DNA from: Mytilus californianus
Lineage: Eukaryota
DNA: 64,000 bases
Reading direction: 5' to 3'
Assembly: GCF_021869535.1 (NCBI RefSeq)
Contig: NW_026262593.1
Location: 15,624,001-15,688,000, forward strand
Positions 25,301 to 37,300 of the stretch are shown in pieces. Under the pieces are notes generated by a model, which did not search any database, was not told where the DNA came from, and was given only the letters and a program-made list of their open reading frames with translations. The translations under genes and the position numbers were made by a program. Each line of letters opens with the position of its first letter. Within the stretch, counting starts at the first letter, position 1.

Positions 25301-28300
25301 TAGGGGAATTATATGTACACCGTATTCACGAAAAGACATCGACGAATATACAATTCTCAAAGACAGAAACGACATCTCTAAACGCGCAGAACTACAAGCT
25401 TTCATAACTGACCAATTTTGGTCGCGATGGAAATCAGAATAGTTAACATCGCTACGTGAATACCACGCTCGAACAGGAGATAACGAACAGAAATGCAGAT
25501 ACAGTGGGAGACGTCGTACAAATCCATGAAGACAAGTATCCAAAACAAATGGACTATCGGAGTCAGTGATTCTTTAATAACTGTAAACGGTTGACTGAAT
25601 AGGGCAGCCGAAGTGAGATCAAAATGATGGTGCTTTTCTCGACCGATCGTTAAATTATATCCCCTGGAGATTTGTGACAATATTCATTCAGGAGACACAA
25701 GTGATACTCATTAACCAGGAACTAGTAACATACAAAGACGATTACCGGTTCATGAAGCTGCCGTGTGTGCCAGCAGAAACATTCATGAATGGACTAAGAG
25801 ATAGACTTTAATTGTAATCAGTCAAGGTTAAGTGAGTAACGTATATTATTTGAGATGGACATAAAATTTAAATTTCTTTTATCTATACTTCATTTTTTTT
25901 AAGTTTTCATGATTACATATTTCACTTTTGTCGGCCCCACAATGACGGTAAATACGCGAATTACTTACATTGAACTATGGTAACGTTTTAGCCATAACGC
26001 TGTAGTGAATGACCTTATTGTATAGATTTCATAGCTATCACGACTATTTAACGTATTTTGCCATCATAACGTATTTATTGAGATTCTACAACAGGGTGTT
26101 GGATTGAGTAAACTCGACAGACTCTACTAAACCGAGTTGGACGAATCGAAGTAGGCACTTGTGTTATGTAAGTAAATATATATATATATAAGATAAACTT
26201 TTAAAGTAGTCAGCACTTCTATATTGACATGAATTATTTTTGATAGGAGTTAGGGTATTTCGAAAAATTCAAAGTTTTGGAAACAGTTAATTTATTTATG
26301 ACAATATCAATGATAATTCTTGTCAACACAGAAGTGCTGACTACTTGGCTGGTAATAACGTCGGGAGAAAACTCCACCAATAGTGACATTGACCCAGTGG
26401 ATGTAAATAAACTCCTCATAGTTACCAGGATTGAAATTTTGTACGTTTCGTCTACAAAAGACTCAATATATAATTGGTAAATTCTTAAGTCAGGGATTTC
26501 GTGACTATAGATTGCTTGAAAACATTACTATATTCCTCCATAGTTGCTAAGATTTGAGATTTTGAAGATTGGCTATACCTGTAAAATTCTTTTTAAAAAA
26601 ACGGGATATAACATCCCAATGTTTACGGTAATTTTGTTTTTAAACGATTCATGTAAACGCATTGATCCTTTGAATAAACCTATTCTTAAAGGATGTCTAT
26701 TTACACCGTAGTAAGACATTTGATTATAACACTGGATGCAATGACTTACCGTGATTTCCCAGTGAAATAAAAACCGATAATTTCACATGTGAAATAAACT
26801 CTATAATATAGGTGTTGTCAAGACGATGTCGATGACGTTGCATCAAAGCAAATTGTGAATGCGTAAAAAAAAGATAAAGTTCCTTTCATTTTCTCCTTTA
26901 TTTCCATTTAAAAGTCCATTGCCAATGTAATAAAAAGAATAACTAATCACAGATTTCAAATATCATGAATTAATGTGTTGGTTGGTCACTCATTGAATAT
27001 TTTTCTATATTTGAATTCTTCGATAAGTTATTCTATAAATATTGTTTTAACCGGTACTTATAATGATTTTGTTTTGTTGAATTAAAAAGTTATTAAATAT
27101 TTATTGCTATACATTAATGAAAACATTAGGTCGATCTTATGTACTTAAATTTTTCCATGGCACAATATCATGCGATTCTCAAACTGTTTCTGGCATTTTT
27201 ACACTAAATCTGTAGGAAGTGTACTGATTCATACTTTAGTTAACCAAATGTTGTCAATATAACGGAATAATAAACACATGTCATACATGTGGAAGGTTTA
27301 GCTAGCTATAAAATCAGGTTCAATTCAATATTTTCTTCTGAAAACTACTATTCCAAGACAATAGTATGACATTTGTTAGCTTTTCGTTCCGCTTGTTGAT
27401 AAAGTCTAACGTTTGATTTTATCAGTTTTTATGGATTGAATTTCTCTTAGAGTTTTTTTTTTGTTAATACGTTTTTAGTCTGGAAGAACTCAATTTATTC
27501 ATTAGGTATTATTGGTTTTCAATTAGCTTTCAGTAACTATGGGTTATTTCAGGTCGGCTCTTTGTGTCTTTTGTCTTTATGTTAGTTCATTTTGTGATTC
27601 GTGTCGATTTGATGATTCATGCCATTTCCAACTGATTTTTACAGTGTGTTATTATGCTGTGCTGTTGCACCACTGTCCCAGGTAATGGAAGGGTTGATCG
27701 CTTACAGACATGGTTAACCCCGCCATATTCTATATGGGTCTGTCTCAAGTCAATTAACTGTGATTCAGTGGTTGTCGTTTGTTGCTGTCTGTCATGTTTG
27801 GGTTCGGTTGGTTTTTTTCATAAATCAGGTCGTTATTTTTTTTTTCATTTGGACTTTCATTTTGATAGTTGTCTCATTAGCAATAATACCATATCATTTA
27901 TTTCATAATAAGTTCAACTTTGTGCAACGATAGTTTAAGTGTAATATAAATTTTCATATGCAGATTTAGAGGAGATTGAGAGGGAAGCCAAAATTCGGAT
28001 TAAAACGTAAGTAGTCAAAATGTAACTGCAAAGTTATTTTATCTTTTCACGTGTTACTTTTTGTAAAAAAAATATTTCGTCAAAAATCCTATTATTTATG
28101 ATAGCTTTAAACTTTTCAAAGTTCTATTCTTCAACAAGGACTATTATCTACTGATGTACGTAAATTATTCCTTATACATATCTTACTTTGTGTTGATTTT
28201 TTTTCTACCGTTAGCTCCATTTTGATCCTGTTTATTTTGTTTTGCAGATCTTCGCTTCTCATTGTAGTAGATTGATCTTTATCTTTACTAGTTGATAATG

Positions 28301-31300
28301 TAGACTGTGATTGATCTTCAATTGGAATCGTTTTTGTTGATGATGTCTGTACAGAGTTAGTTATACATGGCGAATTCTCATGTACACAGTTCATGGCAAA
28401 TTGGTTAAAACATGTCGCTTTAATTGGAACTATAAAAGATATCAAAATAAGTCTATCATTGTAATAGCCTCATTGTTGTCGTTTATTGATTCATTTTACT
28501 TCATCCATAACATATATGGCAAGCAATTCATATTATTTGATTTGTTTCTAAAAAATAAAATGATTGAAAATTAATGCAAGCAACACATTTAATGTATTAA
28601 AAATCCACAGTGAAAGTTGACCTACCGAATTAGACTTATCACCGGGTTTGTACTTACTTGAGCAATACGACGGGTGCCACTTCTGGAGCAGAATCTGCAT
28701 ATCCTTCCTTAGGAGCACCTGAGATCATCCCCGGTTTTTGGTGAGGCTCATGTTGCTCAGTCTTTAGTTTTCTATGTTATGTTTTGTGTCATCTATTGCC
28801 ATGGAAAAAGAGAAATCAATCTGGTTTTTCTCATTGACATGAATGCCACACTTTAAGATACTTAAGTAAGTTTACTTGCTTTTATGTCCGATTTACGTCG
28901 GATAAAGCTACAATTGTCATTAAAACACTGTATTCCCTTGATCTTTCCTTCTTTTTTAATAGTTTAAAGTAAATAAATGACAGAAGGTTTACCGCCTTAA
29001 AACCTTATCAGCTAATATATCTTAAAACATTACGTAAATTCCTCTTTACGTAAATTTATCAGAAAGTTTTCTGAGCTTAGCCAGTGAAATAAGTAATAAC
29101 ATTAACGGTACCAACGTTTCTGCACCAAACGTACTCACTCTGTCGAAGCCGTCTAATTGGCAATCATACCACATCTCATTGTTTTTCACATGAAGCCATC
29201 TTAGGTAACTGCAGCACGAGGTATTAGTTGGTAACTGCCGCTCAAGATAAAAGTCAGGAATAACACTCATATACGGTTTCTTGAAGTCTCTTCGTCAATT
29301 TGATTACTATTACAAGCAACAGTTTTTATGAGACGCCAGTAAGTATTTAAAATCATCAGAAGATCTTGGTAAAGAAACAGTATTACTGAATTAGTGAGTC
29401 AACAAACCTGTACAGTTGTGATCAGTTCTTATCCTTCTTTAGAAAGGTAAGAATAAACATTTGTAAACTGTTCTAGAAAAGTTCTAACCTAGAATGGCCT
29501 GCCCTAGCAATGTTTTAACAGTAAGAATCGGTTCTAGTGTAGAACTCTTAGGATCTGTACCATGGTAGAACTATCCATATTTGTTATCGGCCAGAACTGT
29601 CAGAATATGATCTTGGGAAGAACATTTCTAAATGATGTGAATAAGAGCCGCTTTCTTGTCATCATTTAAAATTGTTCTAGTCGTCGATGAGGTCCGGGGC
29701 AGTTTATTAGATTTCCTATGTAGACATATAACCGATTTGTGTAGCGGTCCAAAAATGTTCTAGAAATAGAACTGCCATAATCAGTTCTCGAGAATAACTG
29801 TTCAAGGTAGAATTCATCAAAGCAGTTTAATGGTAGAAAATAAACTTATCATAGATACCATGCTTAACATATTTTACGCCAGACACGCGTTTCCAGAAAA
29901 GTCAGAATCTGTTCTATGGAAGAACAATTATATTTTTTCCGTGTTAAAACTGCCCGAAACTGTTCTAGAAAGTAAATGCCCAAAACGTTCTCAATCATGT
30001 CCAAGATGTACCCAGATGTTGATATCGTCGATATCGGCAATGTCGACACGATATCGAATCGATATCGATGTTCGCTTCAATAATCCATGACACACAAAGA
30101 CATACCAAGATGTCGATATCGTCGATATCGACAATGTCGACACGATATCGAATTGATATCGATTTTTGCTTAAGACATCCATGACCAACCCAGACATACC
30201 AGATGTCGATATGTCGGAGGCAGGGTAACAGTCGTTTTTATAAAGACTGATATGTCGGATGATACAATTGACATTGCGATGGAGTTTACAGAAAAACTTA
30301 ACTTATTTGGAGTAAAACTTGAGAAGTATAGGGATGTTACAGAGAATATGGAAAATATTTTGTGCCCTTCAAAGAAACAGAAAACAGTTTAATTTGATAG
30401 TTTTGATAGGTAAAGATCTAATAACAAACATTATCATTTGTACATTGAATTTGTATTTTTATTTTAATCACTATATAAGTTCAAAATATATGAATACTTG
30501 ACACGAAATAAAACTATTGGATTGAAAAACAGAATAATTATGTAAATATGTTACAAAATAGATTATTTAATCCATTATGAAAAAAAAATGTTTTAGAAAA
30601 GAAATAATACAAGTATTACTTTCTCTCACAATGTTTATTGAAAAAAAGTAAAGGACAGTTCTTTCAATTATAATAGAGATTACAACAGAAAAGAGCCATT
30701 AACCTGAGACACATCAATTATTAGTTGTAATGGCTTTGAACTAGCTTTCAGTAACTGCTACTACTTTCAGATCTGTACCTTGTTTCTTTTGTGTTTTTTA
30801 AGGTGTTTATATGCTTGGTATTGATTTGATGAGTTAGCTTTTTAATTGATCGTATATATGTCGTTCTGTAATACCACTGACCCCCCTTTTTTTTGGGAGG
30901 GGAGGGGGGGAAGGAGGGGTTGGCGCCTGCAAACACAATTTACCCCACCTTATTCTGTATATGCCTGTACAAAGTCAGGAGCCTATAATTTAGTGATTGT
31001 TGTTTGTTTATGTTTATGGTTTAAAACACAAATTAGGCCGTTTGTTTTCACGTTCGAATTATTTTACATTTGTTATTTCAGGGTATTTATAGTTTACTAT
31101 GCGGTATGGGTTTTGCTCAGTGTTAAAGGCCGTACGGTAACCTTTAATTTTGAACTTCTATGTCATTTGGTTTCAGGTAGAAAGTTGTTAATATAAACCA
31201 ATAACTGAAAATGACCAATACACTTAAACATGTAAAAAAGTAAACTGGTATAACATTTGTTCAAGTGTTTTAACTGATGATTTGTGCATTTTAGACATAT

Positions 31301-34300
31301 ACGTGGAGATTGAGTGTAGAAGGAAATATTGGTCTAAATATCAACAATATCTTTATGAGTGTACTGTTAATTTTCGTCGTCAACTTCTTAAGCGGAATGT
31401 TTTATTACCTTTAAACCTAAACGTAAAATCTATATAAAGTAAAGAATGGATGCTTCCCATTACGAGGGAAAATTTAAATGTCGATATCAATTCGATATCG
31501 TTGATATCTTATATATCTACACTAGTTTAAGATGCATACAGCGTATAAGATGGAAAGCAACAAATGACGAGGGAAATTGAAATGTCGATATCGACGATAT
31601 CGACAACATTAACTAAAGAATAATCAAAAGAATAGAAACTGATAATGCTTAAGGTAAATCAAATTATTTGTCGATATCGGGGTTTTAAAGTAATTACGTG
31701 AATATCGATATCGATACGATATCGTTGATATCGTCGATATCGACACATACTGATGACCCAGGGCAATTGGTGAAGTAGATGAATGGGGTATATAGTGATT
31801 AAGTTAATATCGATATCGATACGATATCGTTGATATCGTCGATATCGAAACTACATCGTGTCTTGGACATACCTCAACGTTCTAGGATTGAACTGTGCAA
31901 AGCATTTCTGTGGTATAAGATAGCTTCTTTCAGACACTGTTTATGCAAGGTGTCAGGAGATCTGTTCAAGAGACTGATCTAGACAAGCACCCTTACAGCT
32001 TCGCACAGACTTTAAAAGAGGTTGGATATCCAAACTGTAGCTGTTGAATTTTCCCATACTAGCGTCTAATATTGATATTTTACGAGATATTGATAAGATT
32101 TCTTGAGTTTTTTTGTTTTTTTTTCAGCTTAAAATAAGGTTAATAATTTCCAATTGTCGGCAATAAGAGATGCTTTCCCACATTACATAGTTCTTCAATT
32201 TAAAAACCAAAATAGTTTGGTTACAAAATGTAGTACACATGTCTGTGAGAGGAAAACTATACAATAAAATTTGAATATAAGTAGGAATTCAAAATACACT
32301 TTAACAGGTTCAAAAAGGAATAAAAAAATAGTGTTAATAAATAGCATTCTGCATCATAAATACATAATAACTATTCAAAATGTATCATTCTGTTTCTTTA
32401 TTATTTTTGAATATCATAAAGGCATCTCAATTTTTCATGTTTGCTTCATTTTTTATATCGGATACATTGTAACAAAGACAATAACAACCATAGTACACGT
32501 ACAGTTTTTACTAATCTGAGTAATGCCTTTTTGTCCCACAAATATCCCTTGAAACAACTAAACTGACGAAAAATGGATAATAACACGATTTTGAAATTTT
32601 CGTCGCCTCAACATATTGTGTCTGTTTGTTTTGTTTACTCATCGTTGTCAATATAATGGAATTTGATACGACTGTCATACAAGTGAGAGGTTTAGCTAGC
32701 TATAAAACAAGGTTCAATCCACTATTTTCTGCATAATAAAGTGCCTGTTCCAAGGCAGGAATATGACAGTTGTTATCAATTCGTTTGATGTGACTATATG
32801 GTTCATGATATGTTTCTTTTTTGTCTTAAAATAAAATTCCAAGGCACATTTTATGTCAATTTTGGATTAATAAATTGTGCTTAGGCTGCAACCTCAAAAA
32901 TATGTTTTTCAACAGACAATCGGCATTCCTGCAGGTAAGTAACTGTGTTCCTCTTCTCGCCTATTTGTTTCTTCATTCGTATGATGGAGGGGACTGACTT
33001 CATACTTCTCCAAAAGACGGAAAAGATGCTAGCATTACCCTTTACATTTACTAGATATCACAGTCCGATAAAAATGTTGATGTTTCCTCATTTAATCATT
33101 CACAATTTGGACACTATGTTCAGGGCACATTTCCAAATGACCCAGATGTAAAGGGTTACTGCAGATGTAGATATGTCGGTTGCATATCTTGACAATCATC
33201 TAAACTTGACAGTGACAGACGGCCAGATGATACTTTACCACATTGCTATAATTAGGATTGTACTTTTTCATGAAACAAAATTCCCGCAGCAATTGCATAT
33301 GGATCATTTATTTCAAACTTGGTAAGTTATTTTCAAGAAAACAAAAAATCCAGGAGCACTTGCAGAGGAAACATTTAATGATAATAATATTTAATAATAC
33401 TCCTCTAACTTAAGACTGTGAATCGTCGAATTTTAGATATGGTCCCTATAGCCATGTTATTACGGGGGACCTCAATATCGTTCTCAAGACCGAAAGGTTA
33501 AAAACGTTTTGAAAAAAGGACCAAAATATCGTCCTCCATCTAAACTAGATTGGAAACAGTGTCGTCAGGTCATAAATGACGTCCTTTTATCGTATTGTAA
33601 AATTTGGTGCAAGCGGGAAAAATCTGATAAAAAATTTCTTGATTCTTATCTAAATAGATGTATGAATGTTGTGAATATTCGAATATCACATTTTGAAAAT
33701 AATTTAGAAATAAATAAAAGAGTACATATTATAATACGCCCATTTCTAAAATAAGAAACCAACTTCAAGTACTCGCAAAGCGCTTTATGATTATACTTGC
33801 TGACAAAACAGCCAACAATGTAGTGACGGTATGCCGTAAATACTACACGGAAGTTCTGAAGAAAGAAATTTTAAATTCTTCTACATTGAAGTCCGTGCGC
33901 TTCACAGAGAGTCATATAGTAAACAATCATAGCATAACCACATTACAGCTAAAAGCCTCTTCTGCACATTTGAAGGTCACTACTATGTATGTGTTACCTA
34001 ATCTACACACAAAATAGTAAAATATCGTTTCATCTCGGCCTCTAGTAAGTGTTCTACAACTAATCTTCAGTTCTTTTAACTAGTTCATCAACTCAAAGAA
34101 TTTATCATTAACTTTTGTAATAACATACATGAAAATAGTGGAATTAACTATTTTGAGAGTGTAAAAAATTCTTTTGATGTTTTAGATAAATTACGGGCTT
34201 TTGGTGGTACTATTGATTCTGTTGACAGTTTTGACTTTTCAACTCTTTACACTTCCAAACAATCTTATCAAACAACTGTGATTGCAAATATATTTGCTGC

Positions 34301-37300
34301 AACTTATTTAAAGTCTTCTTCTCTAATGAGAAAGATAAATATGCTAGATATACTAACGGTGTGGAGCTGTTAATTTTCTCCTTGATAACATTTATGTACG
34401 TTTCGGCAATAAAGTTTAACGACAGGTTGTAGGTATTCCAATGCGCACTAAATGCTCCCCTTTAATAGCAGACTTGTTCTTGTGCTGGTATGAATCACAG
34501 TATATGACCAAACTCAGTAACGACCCGTCTAAATTTTATTGAAGTGATAAATTCAACAACAATTACCGTTATCTTGATGATATCTCTTCATTAAATAGTT
34601 CAGAATTTTCTAAATATAATGCCGACATTTACCCAAAGGAACTTACTCTAAATAAATCAAATATAAACGGTAATAACTGTCCATTCCTAGATTCAGATAT
34701 TTCAGTTTTACACGGGAAACTCTACAGACAATTTTACGACAAAAAGGACGATGTTTCGTTCCCTATTGTTAATTTTCCTTTTTCGGACAGTGATGTTTCT
34801 TTGGCACCATCTTACGGTGTTTATATATCACAATTCGTTCGCTATGACCGTGTCTGTTGTGACGTTTTGGATTTCAATGAACGTAATCTATGTATAACTG
34901 GTAAATTAGTAAGTCACGGATTTCGTTACCACAAATTACTTAAAACCTTTACTAAATTCTTCCATAGATTCAAAGATTTGGTTTGGAAATTTGGCTGTAC
35001 CTGTAGAAAATTTATTTTAAACGGGATAGCACATCCTAACTTTTACGGAAATGTTGTTTACTGGATAAAATTATCGATCCTTTAAATAAACTTATTCTAA
35101 AATATTACCAAATCAGCACTGTAATTAGAACTTTGAATATTATTTTTATTGGTATAAATATTGATTTTGTTATCAGTAAATTAAAATGAAACTAAAGTTT
35201 ATTTTTATATACGTATGCACATTCATGGCACTACAATCTGTCGATACCTGTATCTTGGCATTGTACAAGGTCATGTTTTTTCTCTGTTAATGACATTCTT
35301 ACACTAAATCCATTGGATGTTGGATGTTTACTGATTGATATTTTAGTCTTAGATGCATGATTTTTCTATTAGTTGATATTAGCTTTGCACTAGCTGTCAG
35401 TAACTGTGAGTACTCTCAGATCTGTACTTTTTTGTTTAGGGATGTTTAAATACCCTGCCACGTCCGGTTTGTGTTTTTGTTAGATGTTTTCCTGCTTTGT
35501 ATCGATCTGAGGTGTTAAGCCCTTTTAAACTGATTTGTATAGCTTGTTCTTATGTTCTACTGTTACACCACTGTCCAAGTTAGGTGGAGCGCCAACAAAC
35601 TCCGCCACATTCTATATGTGCCTGTCCCACGTCAAGAGCATGTAATTCGGTGGTTGTCGTTTGTTGCTGTATGTCATATTTGGTTTTCGTTTATTGTTTT
35701 TTACATAAATCAGGCCGTTTTCTCGTTTGAATTGTATTTTGTCATTTTGGGGCCTTTTACAGCTGACTCTGCGGAATGGGTTTTGCTCATTGTCAAAAGC
35801 CGTACGATGACCAATAGTTGTAAACTTCTATATCGTTTTGTCTTTGGTGGAGAGTTGTGTCATTGGCAATCATACCTCATCTTCTTATTTTTATTTATAT
35901 TTTAAAGCTGATAAGTTATTTTCATGAAACAAAAATTCTAGCAGCACTTGCATAGCGAGCATTTATTTCAAATTTAATAAGTTATTAGAGGAATTCTGCT
36001 GCATCAACAGTAATCAAAACAAGAATTATTACTGGAAAGTAGAGTAATGTATTTGAAAGATGAATGACAACATCATGATTTGGTTGTCCGATATAGAATT
36101 AATGTGTTACTCATGACCATGGATATGTTTCATTTCTCATAACCACAAAATCGTCCTTTTTTTCCTAGTTTATGATATTATCTTATCGAATTGTCATCGG
36201 ATTTGTACTTCTTTCACCAGCAACACAACGGATGCAACTGGTGAAGCAGGAACGACTGATCCTACTCAAACACCTGAGTTCATCACCGATTTGTTCGTTG
36301 TGTCAAAGTTAAACGTACTTGATTTTCATTTATCAGAATTAAGGATGTAGTCATGTCGGGTTTAGGAATTTTTGTCAGATGTTCGGACTTCTTGGGTTTT
36401 TCCCTATGATACAGGGTAAAATATTTTGCCCCATATCGCCCACTTTTCTTTTCATATAAGACTACAATAGCTCATAAAAGGTCATTTATCAAAATTTTTG
36501 CAGATTCTATATCTATTTTCTTGCGATTTTAGACCCAAATAATTCCAATGCTAAATATATGATAAAAGTCCGAGTCAGCCTTTTCCCGCCATATCTAAAA
36601 AAATAAATATCGCGAATCTTGTTTTAGTTGATATTCCAAAAGAACACAATACAGACTTGATGATCCGGACAGTCTTCTTTAGAAAGTGGCGTAGAAGTAT
36701 AAATCTTAGTAATAAAGTGAACTATGAATATCTTAGTTACATACCAAGGAGTTTGAGTAGCTGCTTTGTATTTTTGATGAAGACATCTGTTTTTAAACTT
36801 TTGAAATTTAGTTGGAATGACTATAAGATAAATGTCTAGCCATATTTGGTAATTTGAAGATACATGAAGAGTGATAAAAGACACATTGACGTTTTTTAGC
36901 TTATACTTTGTATCAAAGAACAACAACATCAAAAAAAGAAAAAGTGTTTAACTTTTTGTTTTTACGTGTTTCCTAATTTCTGTCGTACTAATTAATTGAT
37001 AGAATCCATAAAAAAAATGTTAACGTTGTGTGACCAGTATTTGATTTTGGGCACACGTTATTTCGACCCTTTAGTCGTGATCAGCCGGATATTATATGGT
37101 TGGGGAATTTGCACACGTGCAATTGGACGTCAATGTTTAGATCCTGCAATACATAAAGCACAATTACCTCTTTAATCATCATATCAAGCATGTGTCTCAT
37201 TCTAATTATATCAATATAATAAATAGCTCCAAGTTTTCAAACTACACGTGTTAAATCCAAGAACATGCTTTTTGTCAAAGGAGAAGGTCCGATAAGGGCT

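Larger units (their letters stand above)
20307..26093 (+). mobile_element. BEL/Pao LTR retrotransposon, degraded
   Basis: 151-bp TG..CA LTRs; gag with DUF1759-like LPYFNGDILKWQTYWD and Cys/His knuckles; protease ILFDEGTQRSF; RT LYVDN; Pao RNase H ..IYDPMGILSP..FVDA..WSDSQIVL; integrase core largely deleted near 25080; DUF5641-like FWSRWKSE. No clean TSD. Confidence 0.95.
19716..26151. mobile_element. About 650-bp TA-flanked TIR element split by the BEL insertion
   Basis: TA|cttagattcgtccgactcggg..agagt vs actct..ccgagttggacgaatcgaag|TA; internal gagtaaactcg motifs on both sides of the LTR element. Confidence 0.7.

Noticed and set aside
33400-35100. Selenocysteine recoding in the PLE ORF, as reported for some Naiads
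   Set aside because: Interruptions are mixed TAA/TAG stops and frameshifts; the copy is too decayed to support it.
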